From Thalia democratica (lineage: Eukaryota), in contig OZ241833.1 in NCBI GenBank assembly GCA_965202585.1, positions 56,420,001 to 56,484,000 on the forward strand: DNA of 64,000 nucleotides, given 5' to 3'. Below are positions 1 through 18,000 of the stretch, piece after piece. Positions within the stretch are counted from its first letter, which is position 1; each line of letters starts with the position of its first letter. Position numbers and translations under genes: made by a program. The notes beneath the pieces are model-generated. The model searched no databases, was not told the DNA's origin, and worked only from the letters and a program-made list of their open reading frames with translations.

Positions 1-3770
<3,770 letters not shown>

Positions 3771-4609
3771 AAATAACCGAGAATGTGGAATGAGAGGGTG
3801 ATTTCCGATTGGAGAAATTTAAATTGTCCTTTTAAACGCTTTATAGTTTATTTTTTCTGTATTAATAGAACTTTTTATATTAGAGATATTTCTTTAAAAG
3901 TTGATTAAGGATTCGCAAAACTTTATTATAAATTTTGAAATCTTTTAAATATGAATTTTATATGGCCTTTGTTTAAACTTTTCTGTAAACTTGTTATTCT
4001 TGAAACGACCGAATTACATTTACTTTTTATTTTATTTTACTCTACTTAACGCCATTCCAAGTTTTTGTTAGTTGCAGTTTTTAATAACTTAGACATTTAA
4101 ATTTTATTAAAATACTTTTATTTTGTAGTAATTTCCATGACAGAAATACAAGTATAATCTGAAATGTAATACTATTTTTAGGTTTAATTTGAATGTATAT
4201 TTAATATAATTGATTTGTAGTGGTTTCATAATAATTATTATTATTTTACTAAAATTTTTTAATTTGCATATAAAATCATAAAATAAGGAAATATCAAAAG
4301 CCCAAAAATTTTATTACAAATTTTTAACTAACAAAAAGTATAAAAGTAACATAAGCAACAAAAATACTCGTGTATATCATCGTTATCATAGATTTAAAAT
4401 AGTTGTGCTTAGTAAACCACTAAAAAATAAACTGTGTGCACTTAAGTAGTTTAGTAAATAAAAATTTAAGAACTTTAAATAAGCTTAACTTGTATTACGA
4501 AATAAATTGAAACTTTTTGAGTGCTTACAAGGTAGCTTTTAAGAAAGATGTGTAAAGTATTTCGAAAACTTAATGATTACAATTTTTTTGTACAAAGTTA
4601 CAGATTTCT

Positions 4610-4790
4610 AGTGACCTACCGAATTCTAGTATTCAAATCAGGCCAAATAATGTCTTTTTGGTTTCGGGTCGGGCCGAACTCTAGTTTCAAAATGAGGCTC
4701 GGATCACTAATTTTAAACGATGATATGAATTCGGATCCGTCCGGATTCATGGGTCCCCTAGATCGTTTTAAGCCTGTTAAATTATGTGTA
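4610..4790. mobile_element. Degenerate MITE-like repeat (TAGTGA...TCACTA ends), related to 6040-6215
   Basis: GC-richer island. It shares ataatg(t/c)ctttttgg...tttcaaaa...tcggatc with 6040-6215, and tagtgacctaccgaat at 4610 is the reverse complement of attcggtagatcacta near 6200-6213. Confidence 0.4.
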
Positions 4791-6039
4791 CTTGATTATC
4801 TATTAAATAAAATACAAAATTCTTAGTAAAAGTATTGAAGTTAAATTAGATTAAGACGTAAAAAATACAGGGTTATAAAAAAGCAAGCAGTTTAAAGTTT
4901 GAAACGAACATAAGTTAATATATGTCAATAAAGCTATCTTTTTATTTGTGGCTAGTTGTGTGTTTAACTTCGGTTTTCCTTTTTCGATTAGCATTGATTC
5001 TAAGCTATAAAGCTTACCTAGAGCACACTTCTAGAAGTTTAAAGTTATTCTCAATGTTTGAGTTTTAAAACGGTACACGTTAATGCAAATGATCAAAAAT
5101 AGCACTAAAAACAGCAACTCTTCAAAATATTTTGCCCGATATCTTTACCACTAGTAGATACTCTGATCTAAAGATTATTAATTATTTTTTTATAACATAT
5201 CAGTCTAATATTTCTGACTATTAGTGTTCCAACAGTTTTTGTAATAATGCTGGTGTTATTTATACATATTGTGTTTTTCAAAAGTATTTATAACTTATTT
5301 TTAAAATCTTAACGAACTCTTCCCTAAGTAGATAGTTGTAAAATAAGAAAATTAGTAGATTTCAGAATTTTCACCAGTATTGTTTTTTTACTATATAAAA
5401 ACTAAAGTGTTGGTATTATGGTTTTCAAGAAATTTCTGTATTTCAGTTCATATATTGGTTTTTTAAAGTATTTCGAAATCAACAAATTTTGTACTAAAGT
5501 ATTGCTCTATATATATAACAATCCAATAGGCTTATATGTGTGTATTGCTAAAGCAGCTAGAGGAAGATTGCAGTACCTTTTTCATTTTAACTTTTTAGTG
5601 AGTAAGTGTCACATTTCTTTTCGTTTTTTTCATATTGAGTTTTTTATTTTATTTAAAGTATGCTTACAAGTAACATAACGTTACGTACAATTTGATGCAA
5701 AAAAAACAACAACATCAAAAACTAGTTTGCATATATCAAAACCAGACTTTTTTTTCTAAATTTAACTATTTTATTTTAAAAACTTAATCTTTAAACTAAC
5801 TCACCTTAATCAAACATATAATAAATAAAATAAAAAAGTTTTGATAACTAAAACTTGATAATTTTAAATTTACATCTTGTTATTATTAGTCTTGTTTCGA
5901 TATATGTGTAAATTAGATGCAAATTTTTGAATACATCAAAAAATCTAGCCTAAGTGATCAATAAATTGACAATAATAAATGTGTTGATTAGAAAACCGAA
6001 GAATTAAGAGCCTTAAACTGGAAAAAAGTTACTGTTAAT

Positions 6040-6215
6040 CAAGCTGGAATCATAAAATAAATATGTTGGATCCTAGTTTCGGATTCATACCAGATAATGC
6101 CTTTTTGGATTTGGTCGGTTCTTAATTTCAAAACAAGATTCGGATCCAAATCCGGCCGGACCTTAATTTGGAGAACGTTCGATTCAGAAGCTTTAGGATT
6201 CGGTAGATCACTAAA
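6040..6215. mobile_element. Degenerate MITE-like repeat related to 4610-4790
   Basis: Same internal motifs as the 4610 copy; ends in ggtagatcacta. Confidence 0.4.
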
Positions 6216-7072
6216 TTTCACTCTAAACTAGATCACTTCAAATTAGCTAGGACTTGAAAAGTAATATTTTCAAACTTGTTTTTTTTTAAGACAGGTAACA
6301 TTATTGTTCCCACACATAATTAGTTTCTAGTTTTAAAAACAATTAATCAAAGAGACTACAGATACTTTTTCACTTCAAGTAGTTTATATAAACTTCATAC
6401 CAATGTTTTAAAATTTAAGTCTATTCAATTTTAGCCACATACCTAAACTTCTAAAATAAAAAACTATAGATATATTAAAATACTGTTTTGATTTTCCGAC
6501 GGGTATTTTGCGTTCAAAGTTATAAGTTTTAATATAATATAACTACTTGTACTTAATTTTGTATAAGACTCTACATTACTTTAATAAAAATATTAAAACA
6601 TACAGTTATTGAAAATTAAAATTATTAGTCAACCTTTTTAAAGTTTTTAATTTGTTTTGTAAAAAGTTTTTTTTTAGAGTAGATCTAATATAAGTATAGT
6701 ATTTGGGCTTCCTTTTTTGTTTATAGACAAATTTTAACCATTTTAAAAACTTTAGGGTTAAATTAGAAACTAACAAAAGAAACTTTATTGCCTAAGTATA
6801 TTAAACTTTTTTATAATAATTTTTTATACTATCCAAGAATTTTGTTTAGCGTCGGTGTACTATGTAATACTATTAAGTCTCTTTATAAACAACTTTATCT
6901 CATTGATATATTTTTCAAACTTATTTTAGTTAAAAAAAAAATTATAATTGCACTAACAACATGTGTTTGCTGTAAAACTAATAAAAATAAATTTCATAAA
7001 AATAAGTCAAGTAGGTGGTTTTTAATTCAAGCTCACTAAGATGATTTTAAAAGATTCCAGGTTGATATAGAT

Positions 7073-7441
7073 CAGGGTTTCCCAAACTTTATTTCAAAAG
7101 GCCCCTTTTAGAGAAAAAAGCTATGGCCCCCTCAAACTAGATTTATCAAAAAACTACCTAAGACCTTTTTTTGATCATTATCATTAACTCCAGAATATTT
7201 AGTGTAATTTTCAAATTATTGCCTTGTGGCTGCCCCTTTTACGGCTTGTGGCTCCCTAAATTTCATAAATTTTTCCCATAATATGAAGTATAAGTTTCAA
7301 AACTACTATTAAAAACGCCTGAAACCTTTTATTTTTCTTTACTCTTCATCATCAACTCAAGTTTATCTAGTGCAAGTTTCAAATTATGACCTAATGCCCC
7401 CCCCCCTTTGCTGCTCACTTAGCCCACTTTGGGAGACCCTG
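7073..7441. mobile_element. hAT-type MITE
   Basis: Termini CAGGGTTTCCCAAA / TTTGGGAGACCCTG. Flanks atatagat / ctatagac form a 6/8-matching 8-bp TSD, as expected for hAT. Confidence 0.75.
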
Positions 7442-9035
7442 CTATAGACTTTTTTATACTGTAGATAACTAGTGTTTCAAAGTTTAATGGAAATTAATAC
7501 GTTTTTATTTTTAATTGTAAAAAATCATACACAAACGAAGTTTAGTGAAGGCTGTGCGATAACATAAATGAATAAGTTTTAGTAAACGATTAAATAATTT
7601 TAAGTGTATTGCAAAACTACAGTTTTACATTGATAACACTACTAGTGATTATTAGTTACAATAAACTTAATAAACTGTAGTTCTGAAACAAACTTAAAAA
7701 TCTAATAAATTAATTACCTCAAGCTTTTTAAGTTTTGGTTTGAGCAAAGTTTATTAGCTTTATTGAAGTGATTTTGAATATAAGTTATGACAAGATATCA
7801 ACAGGAAAGAATTAAAATTTAATAGATATGATTGTTATCGTAAATTGTTTTAAAAGCAAGCTGGTTATTGGAATTCTGATAAAAAATTGTCCTGTCCTAG
7901 TGGATGTCCAAATGGGCGTATTCCAGGTTGTTCTAGCAGCGTTTCTAACAGGTTTTCGTTTTTGAATTTTGTTACAAAGCGTAAAACATAAACTTTATAA
8001 AAAAATAAGCAGCTTTGCCAAAATTTTTGCCTTATCATCAAATGATCTGAAGCAACTTCTGTAAGTTAAAGAAAGTTGATATTTTATGTTCAGAGAGACT
8101 TGTTACATTTTGTAAGTAACTCAAGTTCCTAATTACTTCAAGGTGAGATCTCCATACATTTCATGCCCATGGTGTAGCTATAATCTTAGTAAAGGTTATT
8201 AGATGCAGCATTTTTTAAAACACATCAGTTTTGGGACAAGGTCGCTTCATCTAATCGTAGATTGGTATCATTGGTATAAACGTTCAGTATTTTGGCGTGA
8301 TGTTGATAGAATACCCACGACCCAGAAGTTATTTAGCAGTACTTGTGAGATTGGCTGCTTTTGAATGCTAAGTTTAATAGAAAATTTTAAACATTAATTA
8401 TAATTACAAAAAGAAGATAAGATAAATTTTTTAACTTTCTTTTTGCAAGTAATTTTCATATACAAATTGAAATGTAAAAAAATGTTACTTTATAAGACAA
8501 TGCTAAAAATTTTTTTTTAAACAATCTAAGAGTTTTTTATACTAAAACTTAGTTTACCTTAGGTTTGTTTGCTGCAAGAAAACTTTTTAAGGTAAAACTG
8601 TGCCTGCAAGTCTTTTTATTTTTACATCAGTAGGGAAAGTATTAAGTTGTCTCAAAAGTTTATTAAACATTTTTATAGAAATATTAAGATATAAATTGAT
8701 TCTACTTGTCCAATAATTAAACTTGCAGAGTTTTTTATAAATTTGACAATGGCTCTACTTAAACAAAACTATTTAAAAAGCAAAACTTCTTACATATAAG
8801 ATTATACTTTTGAGTTGATTTAATAATAAAGTACAGGCAAACTGACATTATGATAATTTCGGAGAGGTTTATAAACAGCATTTCAGTGGAAAATGCATTA
8901 TGACGTATGATTAAAAAATTATAATATTATTTTCAATATTTGCTTAAGCTAATCACAAACATTTGTTAAGTGGATTCTGTTCAAAGTGTTTGAAATTTTC
9001 TTGTTCTTTAATATTTTTATGAATTGTGTTTAGTT

Positions 9036-12000
9036 ATGAGTAGAATTGTACGACCTGTTCTACCAGAAACCTATTCAGATTTTCGTTTAATTCCACATGG
9101 AAATATCAAGTAAGTTATTTCAAATAATAACTAGTATTTAATAAAATTTAAATGGTGATTTAAGATTTTTGTATCATACAAATAACAAGATTTAAAAGTT
9201 ATTTTATATAAAGTACTAAATTATAACAGCTTTAGTTATAGACAAAGTTTTATGAAGTATGTTGTATAGTACTTTTAATTTTGAAGTTAGGCTAGTTCTT
9301 TCTATAAAATAAAAAGTATACTCTTCAAAAATCTTAGAACAAAACTGATTTATTTCATAACTAACTATGCAAATTTTTAGTCTCAAGTTCGTTGAAGCAG
9401 TTACACTGTTGAAAAATTTAACTAAACATGTTGTTGAAGGTAAAAGTCCAAATACTAACAAAGTTTACCTTGGTGAGTTATACTGTTAAAAATACATAAC
9501 ATTGAATAAATAATCATTTAAATGTTTATCAGCTATTTTCATGGTTGCCACACACTCAGGGAACTCAGGGAATTTTGATTCTTATTTTAACTCAGGGAAA
9601 CTCAGAGCAATTTTGGTTTTTTATAAAAATTTCAGGGAAATTTTAAGATTATTTAGAAAATCTCAGGGAAAATTTTTTCTATATCTAGAATGAGATTTAG
9701 TTAATCCAGTTTCAATATTTTGTTCAAAAAATTTTATTTTATTTGTTTTTAAGTGCTTATTTAGAAATTTTTTAGCCTTGCGGCAAGTTCTTCAATATTC
9801 TTAGAATTAACATTGTAATTTTTTAATAAATGATAAAAATTTTAAGTATTTGAAAAAAACTTAGGGAAACTCAGGGAAGTTTAAGATTACTCAGGTAAAT
9901 TTCTGGTCACTCAGGGAAGATTTTTTGACTCAAAGAGTGGTAACCCTTTATTTATATACAATATTCTTAGATACAACGAATAAAGTTAATGCATACAAAT
10001 TAGGAAGGAACAACAAATTTGTTTTTGCTTTTATAATTTTTGTGTAGAAAAAGTTTAACTACATTTTAATATTAATAAATTTTTCTAACAATCTTATATA
10101 AGTTAAAGGATAACTGTTATAATTTTGTGCTTTTTAACAAAAAAGCATCTATTTATTCCACTGATTCAAACTTAAGCCTTTGTTTTTAATATTTAGATAG
10201 GTATAGTTCTACTTACGCTTTCTTTACTTTAAAGATGTTAGTTGCTTCATTGTGTTTTAAATTTACATAGCTTTGAATTGTTACGTTTAGAAGTATCAAG
10301 TTAGTGATTAGGAGACAATATATAAAAGCTAGTTAGACTAAATTTATTGTAATAATAAGTTTAACCCAGAAATTTATGCAACTACCCTTCTTGGCTATTC
10401 TTTGTTAAGCTAGCTTGTGTATCTTAAAGTGTTAGCTAATTTCCAACTTAAAATTATTATGGCTTTAATATTAAACATTTCGTTATACTATTTTACTTTT
10501 TAAAAAAACTTCTTAAAACAGTATATAATAACTTTTAATTGTATTAAACAGAGGACATTATCTACGCACTTTTAGAGATCGGTGATAGAATACAATGTTC
10601 GATAAACATTTTTACCAAAAGTGCCAGAGTGAGTTAGTTTTTGTATGCCTCTTAGTCTTTAACTTTTGAAAACTTTACTATGCTAAAAGAACTTGCAATC
10701 TAAAAAAAGTTTATTTTTTGCTCGAATGTTTTATCTTAATTCTAGCTACAGAAATAAATAGTACAAGTAATTGGTTAAGCACATAGAATTATCAATTTTA
10801 GTTCAAAAATTCTCAGTTTGATCACAAACCAAAGAGATCAAGCAGTAAATTATATTTATTATTAAAATTGTAACAATTATTTCAGCTTTACTGATATGTT
10901 TTTACAGCGTCTTGAGCTTGACGAACTGTTTTTAAATATTCCGATGGAACCAGAGTTTTTTGATCATTTGGACATAAAAAATGATTGGCATGAAACATTA
11001 GACAGTTCAGGTATCTTAAAACTATACTAAATATAAATAAAACTAATTTATTGATTTTATTTATGAGTTTAAAGCTTCTTGCTATAAAAATCTAAAAAGT
11101 TTATGTATATTAAAGACTAGTTAAAAAAAAATATATTCAAATGTGCACACAAAACTATTTTGTACTTAATTATTTAGTGAAAACTTTGGACACTAAGACA
11201 GAGTTGTCTTTTTCAGTGCTTATTGATTTTAGGATTTAAAATGTTAATAAAGAAAACCATATATTACCACAAAACTTTCTTTGTCATGAAAAGTGTTTAT
11301 ACTCGCATATTTGGAAACGCTATGCAGTATATTGATTTATATATGTTGCTTTTAGAATTAACTTTGTGTAATCTCTGTATATGTTCTGAACTAACAAGCA
11401 ATTTTAAATTAATTACGTTTTTAAAAACTAAAAATAGTTGTAATTTACCTTTCATAACTAACAAATTTATTAACTAATTGACTAGGTCTTTCTTTTAGGT
11501 TTTTCAGTTAGTTTATTGTCTTTTTGTAATTGATGTTAAGCTTGAATAATTACAAAGGAAAATATTTTTGTTTATAGAAATGCATCGTGTTCAACATTTG
11601 CTACAAGAATCATTGAAAATTAGAAAGATATCACTCAAAAATAGGTTTGTTGTTTTATTTTAGAGCTAATTTTTAGTACTTAATTTTTAGGCTGAAGTTT
11701 TTATAGTTTACGTTACTTAAAGCTTGATTATAAGTTTAGTAACATTAGGGTGTAACGTTTATAATAGTTTTTAGGACTAATAAAAAAATTTTTAGAGATG
11801 AAATATTAGGACGATTTAAGGAATTTTCTTATCTAGTCATACACTTGAAAGAAATGGCTAATTGTTCCTGTGTAAAGACAAATGAGTATAAAAAAAATGG
11901 AGTCTTGGCAAATAAACACAACTACGAAAGAAGTCTTATAGAATTAGAACTCCTAAGAGGTAATATGTTTTTTATTGGAATTCATTAAAGTTAAAGTCTA

Positions 12001-15000
12001 AAATTTGAGATGAGTTTTCTTAGACATTAATATTGTTTGATTAGTTGAAGTACTTATAATAATAAAAGCAGTAGTTTGACACATCAAAATGATGTAAACT
12101 TATCTGTAAAGATTGATAAACATGACAGAAACGTTATCTACTTCAAAGCTTATTTGTATACTTAAAAAGAATACTAAAACTTTTTGCAGATGATGTTTGT
12201 GAATGCCTCATCGATTTAGGAGAAGAACTTTGTGCACAGAAATCGAATGTATGTTTTCGTTTATAAATAGAAGTATAAATTTTTATTTTGTACACTCTTA
12301 TTTAAAATTATATTACAAACTCGGATCTAAACATACTTATTTGAAATTTAATTCAGTTTAAATAAAAAACTTTTAAACCTACTTTAAAATTACTAGCTTA
12401 ACTTTTTTACATTCGAGTTAACTTTTTTAATCATAAGTAAAGTTTTGAAATAAATTGTTTCAACTGAATTTTGAATGCAAATTCAATTTTTGCAGTTTTA
12501 TTAAGTTTTACTACTTAATCTTTATTTTAATACCTATTTATTAGTTTAATTACCAGTCGAATGTCATTAACTATTAAATGCTTTCAAATTAAAAAATATA
12601 TATAATAAGTACTTTTTAGATATGTAAGTTTGTTTATTTGTTAATCTTCATTCCTTTGATATCTATGTTTTACTTTATGGTTAATAAAACTTCAAGTTTA
12701 AATAAGTAATCATTTTCCCAATTTTATTGCCGACTGTGCTTTTAATTTTTTAATATGATACTAGAAGTACGTTAGCACATAGTTTTAATTATTAATAAAA
12801 TATAAATGTTTTCAAATTACAGAATTTTCTGGGGAGATACGAAATCACTTTTGCATTTAGGGATATGAAATATCGAAAAAATCTAGTTTACAAAGCATAT
12901 GAATCAGTTTGTTAGTGTTTTTTCTTTACCAAGTCACTTGTAATTTAAGACTTTATTATACAGAGAAGATTAAAAAAATACCTGTATTTATCTATCTTTT
13001 TTAAAATATATTTGATTAATTCAATTATGTAAATCAAAAATCTTAAAAATTTTAATTGATGTAAGTTCTATCTAAGGTGTATTTAGCTAATTTAGGACTA
13101 TTTTTTTATTAAAGTTGGTTTAAATAGTAATGATTCATCTAAAGTAAAAATCTTAAAAAAGTATCTCATGATTATGTTAAAAAATATATGCGTTTTTAAA
13201 ACTAATATTTGTTTTTTTTTTTATTTCAGTGTTAGAGAGCAAAAGACGTCGTTAGTTTTTATAGTTTTTATTTACAGTATTTTATGTAAAATTAATAAAA
13301 TTTTTTAGTAATGTTTCAAAAGATTCCAAAACTTTTTCCTAACTTAGTCTTAAGTTTTGCATTAAAGAGAAATATTTCTCATCAGTTTTCATTTTTTATC
13401 TAAAATAAGAGCATTTAAAGCTGCTATTTATTAGACTTTCGTTATATTGTTATATCAAAAAATGCAGTTCCCTTTAAAACAACAATTAATTTTTTTTTAC
13501 ATAATATAAAAAGCAAAAAAAAATAATAACTCTGAATTTAAGTAGTATTTAAGCTTTAAGAAAAAAGATTTAAGAACATTTTATTTCAACTTAATTTGTT
13601 TAAAATTACCATTTTAAAAGCACTTATAGCCTTGATATTTGTTTTATATCTCTCCTTACATTTTTTTTCTTCAGATTCTCGTTCTAGCAGAGATCGTCGC
13701 CCAAGCATGGATCACCGGAACGGTAATGAGTACAGGATAAGCAAGAACATTCAAATGAACAGGAGGAGTCGGAAGAGTAGCGTGGAATTTCACAACAAGA
13801 ACAAAAACACCAGCACTAAAACTCTAGACAGAATGGAGTCGGAAGCAAGACACGATGAGTCTAAAGTTTTGAGAGCTGCTAGATCAATATTAAAGAAAAG
13901 AGAAAAAGAAGGTTTGTGTGTATATTATTGTAAATTTCAGCGCAATATAATAAGTTATAAACATACTTTTAAAAGCTACATAAAATTTTAACAAAAAATT
14001 GTACAATTAGACGTAAATAACTACTTTTTACTTTTGTTTTTACAAATTACCTTTATTTATGTTTCACTTAGTTATACTAATTAATTGAAATTGGTTTACC
14101 TAATACTAGTTTTAGGTATTTTAAGATTGTTAGAAGTACTTATGGGGGGTCAAGACATCTTTTAAGAATAAACAATATTTGTTTATATTTGACTTAAAGT
14201 ATGAACTATAAATCAGTTTTATAGTATATTAAAGTTCAAACTATCTTTGATATATAGCTGTTTTTGTAAAAAAAAAACTGTGTACTTTGGATCAACCATA
14301 AAGCCTATAGCTACATTAACCACATCGACGTAGTGGTTCAAGTTCTACACAACTTGTATAACTACTATCTTTTTGAGTTACACTAATCTGCGCTGCATTG
14401 CAGATTCTGCTCTGGTGGTGTTATCAAAGAAATGAGATGGTCCAAATTTAAAAACATAAATTATTAATCAAAATTGTTTTCTGTTTTGTTGTACTAATTT
14501 AACTATATCAAAAAAACTATTCCAGTTTCTTTAGCTGACTTACTGATTATTATATCTGAGTTTTTTCTGAGTTCAAGATCAACAGTAGTTTTATTGAAAC
14601 AACTTTACAAATTATTGTTTTTTAAATTGTTTTGTTTATTATTTGAAATCTATATCAGTAGAATGTAGATACCAGTTTGGCACTGAGGATTATTTTTCTC
14701 AATCATTCAATGGTTTATTATGTTGTAAATGCAAAGCAAGACTTCGAATCCACTAATTAATTCTTAATTAAAAAAAAAAACGCTCACTATTTAAAAATAT
14801 TTTTGTTGAATTATTTACCAAATGTTTTGCAACTGATATGGTAGTTTACCAATTCAGCTACTGTTGTAAAGCAATATATTGGATTGACAACAAGACATAT
14901 TAGAAAAAGGATAAAAGAGCATGTCCCAAAGAGTAAGTGTAGAGAATTTTTGCTTTTCAGAAAAGAAGGATAATATACAGGTCAAGGTTTTAAATGCATC

Positions 15001-18000
15001 TAAACGTTCATCCATTGCAGAACATTTGGTAAATAATTCAACATGTGCAAACAGTTATAATATAAATAGATTTAAAGCTATTAAAACTTGTAGTAATGTT
15101 TTCGACTCGATTAAAATAGAACCTATTTGTATTTTATTAAGGAAACCTGTTTTAAGTAAGCGAAAAGATTTTGATTACACTGTTTCTTTATTTTCGTAAT
15201 ACTTAATAAGTGTTATTCTCAAAATATTGATGCATAGTTTTACTGTTGATCAATTATAATGTAAGTAAACTTAAATGATTTTAACTTTTACTAATTGCTT
15301 TTGGCTTTTATTAATCTTTTGATTACTTTATGATTACTTAGTTACTATATGAGCTTGTAAAATCTTATCTCTTGTTAGATTTGTACTCTACTGATGAGAA
15401 TTGCTCGAAATATTAAATATGAATATAAAATATTAAGTATGAATTTGTGTATCTTATATATCTTATTGTGTACTGTTTTTACCTTCTTTTTTGTAATTTA
15501 TACAAAGCTTGTAAGTTTTGTTTTTAACCACTACCACTAAAGTTATTAAAAAGCTAGTTAACACTTTTATGTTCTAAAATTGTGTTTTAGCATTACTGAA
15601 ATAAATATTAAGTCTTTCCAAGCTAAAAAATTAAATCTAAAATGCTTTTTTTTTCGAAAAAATATAGACTGCTGAAAGTTTGTACTACGCTACGTGCCTG
15701 CTGTTAATATAGTTGCTTTGGAGCATTCTAAATAAAAAACTTATTTTCTAAAAACAATAAAAATTAAATTAATTTTCAGTTATAGATGATAGCACTTCTA
15801 CTAAAACATTGCAACAAAAAGAACATGAAATACAGCAAGAAAAAGCAGCGATTGTTAGAAAGAATTCTGATCGCATACAAAAGATTCACGATATATCTAC
15901 AAGCACAAATTCTTTACAAAGAAGAGATTCTAATCTCCGAAAAGCTGTAATTTCTAAACAACAAATTAAAAGTATAAGAGAACAAAGCAAAGGTTTGTTA
16001 TTAGAGTCTTTAAAGTGTTGGTAATTTTATAACTTATCGGATATCAACATTTCCTTCAAGTTTCTTAACAATTTTTATACTTTGTCTAAATCATTCCTTT
16101 ATCTTTGATAACTGATCACATTATTCTTAAACATTTCGAAATTTTAGAATTTTGTTTTGTTTCATTTCAAATAATTATATAGATTATATTTTTTGATCAA
16201 ATTGTAATAGTTTTGTTTTTTAATAAGTTTTATTAAAGTCAAACTGTATATAAACTCAAAAATATTCACTAGTCTTTTAAAACACAAGAAATCTTCCATC
16301 AAAGTTTGAGTTTAAGTTTTTTATTTTTTTGTTTACTTGTTTTATTGTGTTTGGTTATCATTTTTTGAGAATATACTAGTATACTTTTATTTAAACTTAT
16401 GACTCTATGAACATTTACTTTTTTTAGTTTGTCCTGGACAAGACATTAAACTGTATCCAAGCGGTGTGCGACTCGATAACTGAAAGGTTTTTTCGTGCAC
16501 CAGATCCTAGAACCAATTATTTTGATCAATTTTTTTTTGTCTAATAAACAACCTTTAACATCATTTAAGAATTACATGTTTTTGACTAACATCTTTAATA
16601 TAGGATAAGAATAAATAAAGTTGATTGAATTAAACATTAGTATTTTCATAAACAAAAAGTTGTCCTCAAACTTTTGTTTAATTTAAAAACATTAGATATT
16701 TAAATAAAAGTTAGAATTAAAAAAAAAAGTTATCTACATCACAGAAACTTTAGTTAGAGATGGAGCAACAAGCACAAAAAGTTTGCAAAGGAAAAACTCT
16801 GAAATAAGAAGGATTCAAGAACATAGCAAAAATGAAAAAGGTATGTAAAGTTTATAAAAGCAGTTGTAAAAAGTCTGTAAGCATTTAAAACTTTTCAACA
16901 GAATCTTTTAACAAAGACGGCACCACTAGCATGGGTAACTTAAACAATACTGAATCCGTTTTATCTCAAATTTATAACAAACAAGAAAGAAGTGACTCCG
17001 ATATGTTTGAACCAAGCTTTTCTAATGGTAGATTTACAAAATACTATATGCTCTTTATCATGGATATTTATAGCTTAAAATTAACAGATATACTACAAAG
17101 AGATGGCAGTACAAGTACGAAGACTTTACAAAGAAGAAACTCTGAGGCGGGAAAGTTTAAACACACTCTGGAACAAAGTAAGATCCACCTACAGAACAAA
17201 AAAAAAGGTAAGTGATTACAGATATCAAAACAACTAGTCGTTTGAACTAGTTGTTTATTGATACATACTAAAAATCAAATAATATTAAAGTTTTGTGCTT
17301 ATTTAACATTAACTTATAATATATTTCTTGTGCATATACTCAAATTCTTTCTGTTAGTAATTTTTTAAAGAAATAAATCAACTTTACTTTTTTTAAAACT
17401 TATAAATGGTGATAACTTCGATTTGAAGTAAAAACTGATCATTCTAATTTTACAGCTTTTAGCATAGTATTAATATAAGAAATAAATTACAGATCGTTTT
17501 AGTAGAGATGGAGCCACAAGCACTAAAAATTTACAACAAAACAGCTCAGAAATGAAAAAAGTTAATTATGTTGCTTCGGAACTAGAACCTAGTTTACAAA
17601 GGCAAGCTAGAAAAGGTAATTTAATTATTATATGTTTTGATTTTTTGAAAACAAATAAAAGAATCTCAACTTCTAGAGAAGAAAATGTTCTATTTAAATA
17701 AGATTTTTTTTTATATAAGCACTGAGGAGGTCTTTGATCGAAACTTACTTTGCAAAATCAAGTCTTGTAAGAAAAAAAAGTAATTTAATTATAATGTAAA
17801 AAACTACTATCTAAGCATTTAAGTAATTTTTTAAAACATTAGTTTTGTTTTTAGAACTTGTAGAAGAAGTTAAAGCTTTAGTGAAAGCAGATGCTGAAAT
17901 TCAGAAAATTAAATCTGTACTCAGCAGAGAAGATTTCAGTAAGATCAATCTGAGTAAGAATGGTAGCTAAATTTTATAAGTTATTTTTCTTTTAAATAAT

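Noticed and set aside
4548-7039. Short ORFs 4548-4826, 5418-5678, 6039-6221 and 6788-7039 (and similar F/L/I/K-rich ORFs elsewhere)
   Set aside because: Composition typical of random AT-rich or MITE sequence, with no splice-consistent context or motifs.
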